A stretch of 64,000 bases of DNA from Escherichia phage vB_EcoM_ACG-C40, in the sequence record NC_019399.1. One strand, written 5' to 3'. Made by a program: the position numbers and the translations under genes. Within the stretch, counting starts at the first letter, position 1; every line of letters begins with the position of its first letter. Positions 1-9,151 of the stretch are shown here, piece by piece. The notes beneath the pieces were generated by a model. It was not told the DNA's origin. It made no database searches and saw nothing but the letters and a program-made list of their open reading frames with translations.

Positions 1-737
1 ACCTCCGCGCTGTTCACGGTATGGATGCTGATGCTGAACTGTCTGGCATTCTGGCTACAGAAATTATGTTGGAAATCAACCGCGAAGTTGTTGATTGGAT
101 TAACTACTCAGCTCAGGTTGGTAAATCTGGTATGACCCTGACTCCGGGTTCTAAAGCTGGTGTATTTGACTTCCAGGACCCAATCGATATTCGTGGTGCT
201 CGCTGGGCAGGTGAATCCTTTAAAGCTCTGTTGTTCCAGATTGACAAAGAAGCAGTTGAAATTGCTCGTCAGACTGGTCGCGGCGAAGGCAACTTCATTA
301 TCGCTTCCCGTAACGTAGTTAACGTTCTGGCTTCAGTTGATACCGGCATTTCTTATGCTGCACAGGGTCTGGCTACCGGCTTTAACACTGATACTACCAA
401 GTCAGTATTTGCCGGTGTTCTGGGCGGTAAATACCGTGTATATATCGACCAGTATGCTAAACAGGATTATTTCACTGTAGGTTATAAAGGTCCGAACGAA
501 ATGGATGCTGGTATTTACTATGCTCCATATGTAGCTCTGACTCCGCTGCGTGGTTCCGATCCGAAGAACTTCCAACCGGTAATGGGATTCAAAACTCGTT
601 ACGGTATCGGTATCAACCCATTTGCAGAATCCGCTGCTCAGGCTCCGGCTTCTCGCATCCAGAGCGGTATGCCTTCTATTCTGAATAGCCTTGGTAAAAA
701 CGCTTACTTCCGCCGTGTATATGTTAAAGGTATCTAA
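1..737 (+). CDS. 23: major capsid protein gp23, C-terminal part (5' end outside window)
   Basis: ORF open to window start; translation ends ...AYFRRVYVKGI, recognised as T4-type gp23 C-terminus. Confidence 0.9.
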   Translation, partial: LRAVHGMDADAELSGILATEIMLEINREVVDWINYSAQVGKSGMTLTPGSKAGVFDFQDPIDIRGARWAGESFKALLFQIDKEAVEIARQTGRGEGNFIIASRNVVNVLASVDTGISYAAQGLATGFNTDTTKSVFAGVLGGKYRVYIDQYAKQDYFTVGYKGPNEMDAGIYYAPYVALTPLRGSDPKNFQPVMGFKTRYGIGINPFAESAAQAPASRIQSGMPSILNSLGKNAYFRRVYVKGI

Positions 738-750
738 TCTTTGACGATTT

Positions 751-781
751 AAGGGACCTTCGGGTCCCTTTAGTTGTTTTT
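751..781 (+). terminator. rho-independent terminator after gene 23
   Basis: GC hairpin aagggacc-ttcg-ggtccctt followed by T-rich run. Confidence 0.7.
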
Positions 782-785
782 ATGG

Positions 786-793
786 TATAAATA
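786..793 (+). promoter_or_regulatory. T4-type late promoter (TATAAATA) for gene 24
   Basis: exact TATAAATA about 30 nt upstream of the gene 24 ATG. Confidence 0.7.
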
Positions 794-820
794 AATCATA
801 TAAACTGAAAGGAAAGCGCA

Positions 821-2104
821 ATGGCTAAAATCAACGAACTTCTGCGCGAATCAACCACAACGAATAGCAACTCAATCGGTCGCCCAAATCTCGTTGCTTT
901 GACTCGCGCTACCACTAAATTAATATATTCTGACATTGTAGCAACGCAAAGAACTAATCAACCTGTTGCTGCTTTTTATGGTATCAAATACCTTAACCCG
1001 GATAACGAATTTACATTTAAAACTGGTGCTACTTACGCTGGCGAAGCTGGGTATGTAGACCGAGAACAAATCACAGAATTAACAGAAGAGTCTAAATTAA
1101 CTCTCAATAAAGGCGATTTATTCAAATATAATAATATCGTTTATAAAGTATTAGAAGATACACCATTTGCTGATATTGAAGAAAGCGATTTAGAATTAGC
1201 TCTTCAGATTGCAATCGTTCTTTTAAAGGTTCGTCTATTTTCTGATGCTGCAGTAACAAGCAAATTTGAAAACTCTGATAGCGAAATTGCGGATGCTAGA
1301 TTCCAGATTAATAAATGGCAAACCGCAGTTAAATCTCGTAAACTTAAAACTGGCATCACAGTTGAATTAGCACAAGATTTAGAAGCAAACGGATTCGATG
1401 CTCCTAATTTCTTGGAAGATTTGCTTGCAACTGAAATGGCGGATGAAATCAATAAAGATATTCTGCAGTCTTTGATTACAGTATCAAAACGCTATAAAGT
1501 TACAGGAATTACTGATACTGGATTCATTGATTTGAGTTATGCATCTGCACCTGAAGCTGGTCGTTCATTATACCGAATGGTGTGTGAAATGGTTTCACAT
1601 ATCCAGAAAGAATCAACTTATACAGCAACGTTCTGTGTTGCTTCAGCTCGTGCCGCTGCGATTCTTGCTGCATCAGGTTGGTTAAAACATAAACCAGAAG
1701 ATGACAAATATCTTTCACAAAATGCCTACGGGTTCTTAGCTAATGGTTTACCGCTTTATTGCGATACCAACAGTCCATTAGATTATGTAATCGTTGGCGT
1801 AGTAGAAAATATTGGTGAAAAAGAAATTGTTGGATCAATTTTCTATGCTCCGTATACAGAAGGTCTTGACTTAGATGACCCTGAACATGTAGGTGCATTT
1901 AAAGTTGTTGTTGATCCAGAAAGCTTACAACCGTCTATCGGTTTATTAGTTAGATATGCTTTATCAGCAAATCCTTATACCGTAGCAAAAGATGAAAAAG
2001 AAGCAAGAGTAATTGATGGTGGAGATATGGATAAAATGGCGGGTCGTTCAGATTTGTCTGTTTTATTAGGTGTTAAGCTACCAAAAATTATCATTGATGA
2101 ATAA
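821..2104 (+). CDS. 24: head vertex protein gp24
   Basis: 427-aa ORF, gp23 paralog, position directly after gene 23. Confidence 0.9.
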   Translation: MAKINELLRESTTTNSNSIGRPNLVALTRATTKLIYSDIVATQRTNQPVAAFYGIKYLNPDNEFTFKTGATYAGEAGYVDREQITELTEESKLTLNKGDLFKYNNIVYKVLEDTPFADIEESDLELALQIAIVLLKVRLFSDAAVTSKFENSDSEIADARFQINKWQTAVKSRKLKTGITVELAQDLEANGFDAPNFLEDLLATEMADEINKDILQSLITVSKRYKVTGITDTGFIDLSYASAPEAGRSLYRMVCEMVSHIQKESTYTATFCVASARAAAILAASGWLKHKPEDDKYLSQNAYGFLANGLPLYCDTNSPLDYVIVGVVENIGEKEIVGSIFYAPYTEGLDLDDPEHVGAFKVVVDPESLQPSIGLLVRYALSANPYTVAKDEKEARVIDGGDMDKMAGRSDLSVLLGVKLPKIIIDE

Positions 2105-2107
2105 AAC

Positions 2108-2136
2108 AAAGGGACCGAAAGGTCCCTTTTTTATTT
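2108..2136. terminator. bidirectional hairpin terminator between gene 24 and rnlB
   Basis: aaagggacc-gaaa-ggtccctttttt, T/A-rich on both sides. Confidence 0.65.
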
Positions 2137-3139
2137 AACTTACCAATTCAATCCAAGCCGGACGAAGTACATCTTGTACCATTTTAACTAATTCCTTCTT
2201 AATCAAAGAAGGATTATCCGCTTGAGTTAGAGTAATACCTTCACGAGAAGTTTCTTCCAAAATATCTTGAACAGTTAGCCCCATCACCTTTCCAAAATCT
2301 TTTGGACCAATTTCACCAATTTTAGAAATAACGTTATTTACTCGGTTCAGTGTAACGTAGCAAGCTAAAATTCCCACCAATTTGTTATCAGCTTCTGATA
2401 GTTCAACTTTAGCTTTAATAGGCTTATCAGACTTTTTCTTTTCACTAAATTTGGAATTCTTGCATTTGATGGCTACACGATTTCCATTATGAAGTCAAGA
2501 AGGATAACAAGGTTTCAATACATATCCTTCAGCGGTAAATACTTCGCCTTTGGCTTCAGCTTTCCAAACACATTTGTTAGCGTCAACTAATCCAGCATGG
2601 TCTACTGTAAAATTATAATCTTGGACGACAGAATCTAAATCATTTGGCAATTTAATAAGCTCTTCAAATTTACCGCGACCTAAAAGTGGAGCCATTTTAA
2701 ATTTAAATGTATTACAAAATGATTCCATCATATAATCATCGACATAAGTCACATCACCACTTTCTGTAGTGACAATAATGTCAAATACATAAAAATCTTT
2801 ATCGCCATAATCGACATTCTTCTGAATGCCAGGTCCAGCGAATTCGCCAAAGACTTGATAAGATACAACCGCTGAGGTTTCCATAATATCTTGTACTGCT
2901 TTAATAGAATCTTCGTAATTCTTTAGAATAATTTCATACCCAAAGAAATCTTCAGCAGGAAGAATCGGTCCAGTACGTTTAGCGCAAGTTACTTTATCAC
3001 GCTCAATAATCAATGAGAAATTTGTGCCGTGAATCTTTTCACGAGCTACCCACTCCCCACCAGTCAATCCCAAGCTATAAAGTTTTTCAATAAATTTAGA
3101 GTTGTAATGATTTTCAAGACTGCTATACTTTTTAAACAT
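2135..3139 (-). pseudogene. rnlB: RNA ligase 2 (Rnl2) reading frame interrupted by in-frame TGA at codon 215 (2495..2497)
   Basis: N-terminal ORF 2495..3139 has ligase motif I EKIHGTN; frame continues in phase through *LHNGNRVAIKCKNSKF (motif V lysines) into ORF 2135..2380; total 334 codons plus stop. Confidence 0.8.
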
Positions 3140-3148
3140 AATTAATCC

Positions 3149-3427
3149 TCAAAATGTAATTTCTAACCAATCACCATCACGCTGATCACTATTGACTTTA
3201 AAGCTGAATCCTTCTTTTCTCAGCCAATCACCAATTTCTTCAGTAATCAATTTATCACGAGCAATACAATAATAACTAAAATGTGTTTTACCTTGTTCAG
3301 CTGCTTTATTAGCAAGTTCCGAAAAATCTTTAATAAAACACTCTAGCTTAAACTGTTTACTTTTAAGTGCTTTTTCGCGCAATTGATTAGCAAAAGATTC
3401 ATTTTCATAAAGATCATACTGTTCCAT
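3149..3427 (-). CDS. hypothetical protein (92 aa)
   Basis: ORF track; compact spacing downstream of rnlB. Confidence 0.55.
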   Translation of the reverse strand: MEQYDLYENESFANQLREKALKSKQFKLECFIKDFSELANKAAEQGKTHFSYYCIARDKLITEEIGDWLRKEGFSFKVNSDQRDGDWLEITF

Positions 3428-3629
3428 TTTTCACCTTTTTATTGATATGTCTTTTTCTATAGACGACTTTTTCTCGAGTTTCAAATTTATTTTTAGCAGT
3501 CATAGCTCGAGCCCATAATACAGCCACTTCTTTTGCCTGTAAGTTTAATTCACGAGCAATTTCAATGAATGACTTTCCAGACTCATGAAGAGTAAACACC
3601 ACAACCTCAGTTCTCATAATCAATCTCAT
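3414..3629 (-). CDS. hypothetical small protein with helix-turn-helix-like segment (71 aa)
   Basis: ORF track; segment ESGKSFIEIARELNLQAKEV resembles an HTH. Confidence 0.5.
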   Translation of the reverse strand: MRLIMRTEVVVFTLHESGKSFIEIARELNLQAKEVAVLWARAMTAKNKFETREKVVYRKRHINKKVKNGTV

Positions 3630-3689
3630 GTTATCGAGTTGATGCCATTATATACATCATTTTCTGAGTATGTTTTGTGTGCTTTCAAA

Positions 3690-3717
3690 ATGAAGAAAGG
3701 GGCCGAAGCCCCTTATG
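3690..3717 (-). terminator. hairpin terminator downstream of hoc
   Basis: ggggccgaagcccc stem, T-run on - strand. Confidence 0.6.
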
Positions 3718-3730
3718 ATTATGATTATGA

Positions 3731-4862
3731 TTATGGATAGGTGTAGATGATACCAGTTTCTAAAGCAGTTTTATGAATGATGTATCCATTGCGTGATTCT
3801 TGAACATCAACTTCTGGATAGTCTTTCATCATCTTCTGAAGAGTGTAACGATGCAGGTAGTATTTACTGTCTGGATCTTCAGTTTTCCAATCTTTACCTT
3901 CTTCGGTCATTTTTTGGATTTCATCCATAACCCACCAACCGCACCAGATATAAGCTGAAGTACGATGTGGAAGAGGATGAACATAAGGTAGTTCACCTTC
4001 TGGTTCTGGAGCAACTTTATCAGTTACCTGAACTTGACCTTCTGCTGTAATAGTTTTGCTATCATAATCAGTTGCAGTAACGACAGCAGTAACTTCAATA
4101 GTTTGACTTCCAACAGATGAGGTATCGACAGTATATACGTTAGTTGACCCTTCTACAGGAGAAGAATCTTTCTTCCATGAGTAAGTAATTTGTGCTTCTT
4201 CTGGAGCACCCGTAACATTAGCCGTAAATGTAGCCGAAGCATCTTGCTGAACATTAATAGAAGGAGGAGTCAATGTAACCTGTGGATTCATTGTCTTCTT
4301 ATTAACTGTCAATGATACTTCATTAGAAGTAACTTCCTTTTCATTGTAATTTTCAGCAGTTACTTGCGCTACACACTTGATTTTTTTTAACTCCACTTGT
4401 GTCAGGAGTGTAATTGAATGTAGCGTCAGTTGCTTTGTCTACAGGAGAACCGTCAACGTGCCATTGATACGTAGGGTTTGCACCTGATGGCTGTGAAGCT
4501 AAGGCAGCGGTAAATTCAATTGGAGTTCCAATCACTCCAGCATCAGGGCTACCAGGAGTTACAGCTAAAGTAGTTGTTTGTGTCTTATTTTGAACTGTGA
4601 TAGTTGTACTAATTTCTGCTGTTTCAGGTTCAGATTCTGCAACTTGATTGGTTGCAACTACTTTAATAGTCTTTTGACCGGCAGGTCCTTTTAGTACATA
4701 ACTAAAAGTTGCTGACGTTTCTTCCTGTGGAGCGTCGTCTACAGTCCAAGCATATGTAATAGATCCATCTCCAGTTTGACCACTGGGTGTAGCAGTAAAC
4801 TGCTGAGTCTGATCTATAACTCCAGTAGGTGTTTTAGGAGTTATATCAACTGTAAAAGTCAT
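3731..4862 (-). pseudogene. hoc: head outer capsid protein Hoc, disrupted by +1 frameshift in A8 run (4381..4388)
   Basis: two overlapping ORFs (4353..4862, 3731..4396) both with Ig-like Hoc sequence; span is 376 codons + stop + 1 nt. Confidence 0.8.
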
Positions 4863-4871
4863 AAGTTATCC

Positions 4872-5552
4872 TTATTTTAATGTTACGAAAGAAGAGTTGC
4901 GTGTTTCACGAATTAAAACTGATCCGTCACGGTTAATGTAATAAATTAAGCTAAATAAAGTTTGGTGTGCTGACGCATGTTCAAAACTAGTTGGGTGAGA
5001 TTTCCAATCAGGAGTTTCAGCAATCCATTGATAAATCCACCAAGGAACAGTACAGAATCCTGGATTTTTTCCAATCAACTGAAGATTCGGGCTAAAGTTT
5101 TCCGGAAGAGTAAATACAGACGGCTTTTCAGATTCAATAATCTCAGCTACAGCCTGTTCAAATTTTTCTTCAACAAATGGAGTATCTTCAATCAAAACAT
5201 CGGTATTTTCAGGAATTTTATCTGTTTCTACTACTTCAATTTTAATGTCAGATTTAACCGGAGAATCAATCAAAAGTGCTGCTTCTGGATTGACTTCTTC
5301 ATCGTCATATTTTAACCCCTCTGCAGCATCAGCAGCATCAATTAAGTCTTTAATAGATAACCCATCAGTCTCCGGCATAGGTTCACTAGCGAGCTTCTGG
5401 AGGGCTTCTTCAATATCAACAACGATATTATCAAAAGATTTATTCTTTTTGACCTTTATACCAAACTGTTCAGCATATTCAGCTAATTTAGCTTTAGCTT
5501 CTTTGTTATCATCAAGAGCCTTCAGCTCTGCAATATAATCTTTATCTATCAT
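4872..5552 (-). CDS. inh: inhibitor of prohead protease (Inh)
   Basis: 226-aa acidic ORF adjacent to hoc, as in T4. Confidence 0.7.
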   Translation of the reverse strand: MIDKDYIAELKALDDNKEAKAKLAEYAEQFGIKVKKNKSFDNIVVDIEEALQKLASEPMPETDGLSIKDLIDAADAAEGLKYDDEEVNPEAALLIDSPVKSDIKIEVVETDKIPENTDVLIEDTPFVEEKFEQAVAEIIESEKPSVFTLPENFSPNLQLIGKNPGFCTVPWWIYQWIAETPDWKSHPTSFEHASAHQTLFSLIYYINRDGSVLIRETRNSSFVTLK

Positions 5553-5566
5553 AATATTTCCTCAGT

Positions 5567-5574
5567 ATAAATAT
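5567..5574 (+). promoter_or_regulatory. late promoter TATAAATA upstream of seg-like gene
   Basis: exact TATAAATA 28 nt upstream of ATG at 5602. Confidence 0.6.
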
Positions 5575-5601
5575 AGATATATTTATTACTCGGAAAATAG
5601 T

Positions 5602-6219
5602 ATGTACCACTTTGTATATGAAACAACAAATCTAATAAATGGTAAAAAGTATATAGGAAAACACTCTACTGATGACTTGAATGATGGTTACCTTGGTTCC
5701 GGTAAGGCAATTCAGCAGGCTATAAAGAAATATGGTGAAAACAATTTCTCTAGAACAATACTAAAAGAGTTTAAAACTTCCGAAGAAGCGTACATGTATG
5801 AAGAAGAAATTATAACTCCTGAAATAATAAAAAGCAAAAATTATTATAATATGAAACCTGGCGGAATTGGTGGAATTGTTATGACTACAGAGGTTATAGC
5901 AAAGATGAAAGAATCTTCCGCTAAGAGATTTGAAAACTCACCGGGCACGGTATTAGGTACAACTTGTTACACTAATGGAACTAAAAATATTTTTATTAAG
6001 CCTGGAGAACTTGTTCCAGAAGGATTTGTAAAAGGGATGGTTCATCCTAATAGAAAGTCCAGAAAAGGATGTAAAGTCAAACCGACTACCACAGGAACTT
6101 TTTGGGTCAATAATGGTGCAATAAATAAATTAATACAACCAGACGGTATTATTCCCGACGGATTTATTAAAGGTCGTCTCATGAAAAGAGATTCTAAAGG
6201 CAAATTTAGTAAGGCATAA
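5602..6219 (+). CDS. GIY-YIG homing endonuclease, Seg-like (SegE-like by position)
   Basis: N-terminal GIY-YIG motifs (GKKYIGKHS ... GYLGSG); C-terminal repeated NG...IP.GF.KG DNA-binding modules; sits between inh and uvsW. Confidence 0.75.
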   Translation: MYHFVYETTNLINGKKYIGKHSTDDLNDGYLGSGKAIQQAIKKYGENNFSRTILKEFKTSEEAYMYEEEIITPEIIKSKNYYNMKPGGIGGIVMTTEVIAKMKESSAKRFENSPGTVLGTTCYTNGTKNIFIKPGELVPEGFVKGMVHPNRKSRKGCKVKPTTTGTFWVNNGAINKLIQPDGIIPDGFIKGRLMKRDSKGKFSKA

Positions 6220-6221
6220 TT

Positions 6222-7730
6222 ATGGATATTAAAGTACATTTTCACGACTTCAGTCATGTACGCATCGATTGTGAAGAGAGCACGTTCCACGAATTAAGAG
6301 ATTTCTTTTCGTTTGAGGCCGATGGATATAGATTTAACCCTCGCTTCAGATATGGCAACTGGGATGGACGAATTCGTCTTTTAGATTATAATCGCCTTCT
6401 TCCATTCGGTTTAGTCGGGCAAATTAAAAAGTTCTGCGATAACTTTGGCTATAAAGCCTGGATTGACCCACAGATTAACGAAAAAGAAGAATTATCAAGA
6501 AAAGATTTTGATGAATGGCTTTCTAAATTAGAAATCTATTCAGGAAATAAAAGAATTGAACCGCATTGGTATCAAAAAGATGCAGTGTTCGAAGGATTAG
6601 TTAATCGTCGTAGAATTCTTAATCTTCCAACATCCGCAGGTAAATCTTTAATTCAAGCTTTGCTTGCTCGGTATTATTTGGAAAATTATGAAGGCAAAAT
6701 TCTTATTATTGTTCCAACAACTGCTCTGACAACTCAGATGGCTGATGACTTTGTTGACTATCGTTTATTCAGTCATGCAATGATAAAGAAAATCGGTGGT
6801 GGAGCATCAAAAGATGATAAATATAAAAATGATGCACCGGTCGTTGTTGGTACATGGCAAACTGTAGTAAAACAACCGAAAGAATGGTTCTCACAGTTTG
6901 GAATGATGATGAATGATGAATGTCATCTTGCTACAGGAAAAAGTATTTCATCTATCATATCAGGTTTAAATAACTGCATGTTCAAATTCGGTTTGTCTGG
7001 TTCATTACGTGATGGCAAAGCCAATATCATGCAGTATGTTGGAATGTTCGGTGAAATATTTAAGCCAGTAACGACCTCTAAATTAATGGAAGATGGACAA
7101 GTAACTGAGTTAAAAATTAATAGTATTTTTCTTCGCTATCCCGATGAGTTCACTACTAAATTAAAGGGAAAAACTTATCAAGAAGAAATAAAAATTATTA
7201 CTGGGCTTAGTAAAAGAAATAAATGGATCGCTAAATTAGCTATTAAGCTTGCGCAAAAAGATGAAAACGCTTTTGTCATGTTTAAACATGTATCGCACGG
7301 TAAAGCTATTTTCGATTTAATTAAAAATGAATACGATAAAGTTTATTACGTATCAGGGGAAGTTGATACCGAAACCCGCAATATAATGAAAACCTTAGCT
7401 GAAAATGGTAAAGGAATAATTATAGTAGCGAGTTATGGTGTATTTTCTACTGGTATTTCAGTTAAAAATCTGCATCATGTTGTTTTAGCGCACGGTGTTA
7501 AATCTAAAATTATTGTATTGCAAACAATAGGTCGCGTATTACGTAAGCATGGTTCTAAGACAATAGCAACAGTCTGGGACCTCATAGATGACGCGGGCGT
7601 GGTTTCTAAATCAAAAACATCTTCTAAAAAATACTCGCATTTAAACTATCTTTTAAAACATGGACTTGATCGTATTCAGCGTTATGCTGATGAAAAGTTT
7701 AATTATGTGATGAAAGAGGTTAAACTTTGA
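6222..7730 (+). CDS. uvsW: UvsW DNA/RNA helicase
   Basis: 502-aa ORF with SF2 helicase motifs (GKS, DECH), start MDIKVHFHDFSHV. Confidence 0.9.
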   Translation: MDIKVHFHDFSHVRIDCEESTFHELRDFFSFEADGYRFNPRFRYGNWDGRIRLLDYNRLLPFGLVGQIKKFCDNFGYKAWIDPQINEKEELSRKDFDEWLSKLEIYSGNKRIEPHWYQKDAVFEGLVNRRRILNLPTSAGKSLIQALLARYYLENYEGKILIIVPTTALTTQMADDFVDYRLFSHAMIKKIGGGASKDDKYKNDAPVVVGTWQTVVKQPKEWFSQFGMMMNDECHLATGKSISSIISGLNNCMFKFGLSGSLRDGKANIMQYVGMFGEIFKPVTTSKLMEDGQVTELKINSIFLRYPDEFTTKLKGKTYQEEIKIITGLSKRNKWIAKLAIKLAQKDENAFVMFKHVSHGKAIFDLIKNEYDKVYYVSGEVDTETRNIMKTLAENGKGIIIVASYGVFSTGISVKNLHHVVLAHGVKSKIIVLQTIGRVLRKHGSKTIATVWDLIDDAGVVSKSKTSSKKYSHLNYLLKHGLDRIQRYADEKFNYVMKEVKL

Positions 7731-8419
7731 ATTATAAATTAATATATGATAATTTAATTAATAGAGCCCAGAATCGGGCTCGCCTTAATGGATACACTGA
7801 AACTCATCATATAATTCCTAGATGTATGGGTGGTACAGATGATAGGTGTAATTTAGTAGAACTAACAGCTGAAGAACATTTTATAGCCCATAAACTTTTA
7901 GCTAAAATTCATCCAAATCATTACGGTATAATTAAAGCCGTTATATGTATGGGAATGAACTCAAAGACTCATGAAAGACACGTTAATAAATCTTACGCAT
8001 GGGAACGTCGTAAAATGGCAGAACTTCAATCCGGTGAAGGTAATCCATTTTACGGAAAACACCATACGGAAGAACATAAACAATATATGTCAAAACTCAT
8101 GAAAAGTCGTCCAATTACATGGGGAAATAAAATTAGTAAAACTAAAAGAATGAACCCAACAAAATGGACCGAAGAAGCTAAAAGATTACATTCAATCAAT
8201 CAATCGGGTAAAAATAATGGCATGTATGGAAGGAAACATTCCGCTAAATCTATTCAGAAAATTAAAGATAACATGCCAGATAATTCAGGAGCTAATAACC
8301 CAGCTGCTAAACCTATAGAAGTAAATGGTGTTAAATATAAATGTATGAAAGACGCTTCTAAAGCTACTGGATTATCAATGTACAAACTAAGAATACTCAG
8401 AAAAACAGTTAATTTATAA
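7727..8419 (+). CDS. HNH homing-endonuclease-like protein (Mob-like) with NUMOD-like repeats and C-terminal HTH
   Basis: HHIIPRCMGGTDDRCNLVELTAEEHFIAH motif; repeated G(K/R)(H/K)HS/T modules; ATGA overlap with uvsW stop. Confidence 0.8.
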   Translation: MNYKLIYDNLINRAQNRARLNGYTETHHIIPRCMGGTDDRCNLVELTAEEHFIAHKLLAKIHPNHYGIIKAVICMGMNSKTHERHVNKSYAWERRKMAELQSGEGNPFYGKHHTEEHKQYMSKLMKSRPITWGNKISKTKRMNPTKWTEEAKRLHSINQSGKNNGMYGRKHSAKSIQKIKDNMPDNSGANNPAAKPIEVNGVKYKCMKDASKATGLSMYKLRILRKTVNL

Positions 8420-8436
8420 GGGCTTCGGCCCTTTGG
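8418..8436 (+). terminator. hairpin after HNH gene
   Basis: aagggcttcggcccttt stem; the T-run is short (ttt) before ggag. Confidence 0.4.
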
Positions 8437-8444
8437 AGAAAAAG

Positions 8445-8675
8445 ATGTTACTAGAATTTAAACAATTTCTTTATGAAGCTTCTATTGATGAATTTATGGG
8501 TAAAATTGCCTCTTGTCAAACATTAGAAGGTTTAGAAGAACTTGAAGCTTATTATAAGAAAAGAGTTAAAGAAACTGAATTAAAAGATACTGATGACATC
8601 TCAGTCAGAGATGCTTTGGCAGGAAAAAGAGCTGAATTAGAAGATTCAGACGATGAAGTAGAAGAAAGCTTTTAA
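8445..8675 (+). CDS. uvsW.1: UvsW.1 small acidic protein
   Basis: 76-aa product MLLEFKQFLYEASIDEF..., recognised as T4 UvsW.1; ORF track begins 4 codons earlier. Confidence 0.7.
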   Translation: MLLEFKQFLYEASIDEFMGKIASCQTLEGLEELEAYYKKRVKETELKDTDDISVRDALAGKRAELEDSDDEVEESF

Positions 8676-8730
8676 ATTAAAAAAGGCCCAACCAAAAAGG
8701 AAGGGCCAAAACTATAGACTAAAGGTCACA

Positions 8731-8898
8731 CTATAGCAAAAGTTGCGTTTCATTTAATTGTTCTTCCGAACTTTCTGAAACTGGTAGTTCTTTAATGTAA
8801 TTATAGCAAGGCCCAGGATGTACAGGACCTTTGTCTGTTTCAACAACCAATGCAGAATCGATTGGAGTTTTACAGACAACACAAATCTTATCTGACAT
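8731..8898 (-). CDS. small Cys-containing protein (55 aa), uvsY.-2 position
   Basis: hand-translated MSDKICVVCKTP...HPGPC...; GGAG SD upstream; below ORF-track length cutoff. Confidence 0.5.
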   Translation of the reverse strand: MSDKICVVCKTPIDSALVVETDKGPVHPGPCYNYIKELPVSESSEEQLNETQLLL

Positions 8899-8926
8899 GA
8901 TTGTCTCCTCTGAATTATATATCTAT

Positions 8927-9151
8927 TTATACAACTCTCATATGCATATCAATGCCCATATCTTTAGAATAAAAATATTCATCAAGATATCCGGCAAATT
9001 TTCCTTTAATATAAAGAACATCTTCACCGCACGGGTGGTCGGCCAGGATACGAATATCCTGACGCTTGAGATTATACTTTTTCATTAAGAATTGAATTTC
9101 CGTTTCGAATTCTTCTTCATAATTAAAAGCATCATCAATGCTATATTTCAT
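8927..9151 (-). CDS. hypothetical protein (74 aa), uvsY.-1 position
   Basis: ORF track; immediately downstream of uvsY. Confidence 0.55.
   Translation of the reverse strand: MKYSIDDAFNYEEEFETEIQFLMKKYNLKRQDIRILADHPCGEDVLYIKGKFAGYLDEYFYSKDMGIDMHMRVV

Noticed and set aside
1204-1718. - strand ORFs 1204..1452 and 1524..1718 inside gene 24
   Set aside because: Antisense shadow ORFs within a recognised structural gene.
4977-5538. + strand ORFs 4977..5315 and 5245..5538 inside inh
   Set aside because: Antisense shadow ORFs with low-complexity translations (FNF..., Ser/Ala runs) overlapping a recognised - strand gene.
8831-9088. + strand 85-aa ORF
   Set aside because: Antisense to the uvsY-proximal small genes on the - strand, which have SD sequences and conserved order.
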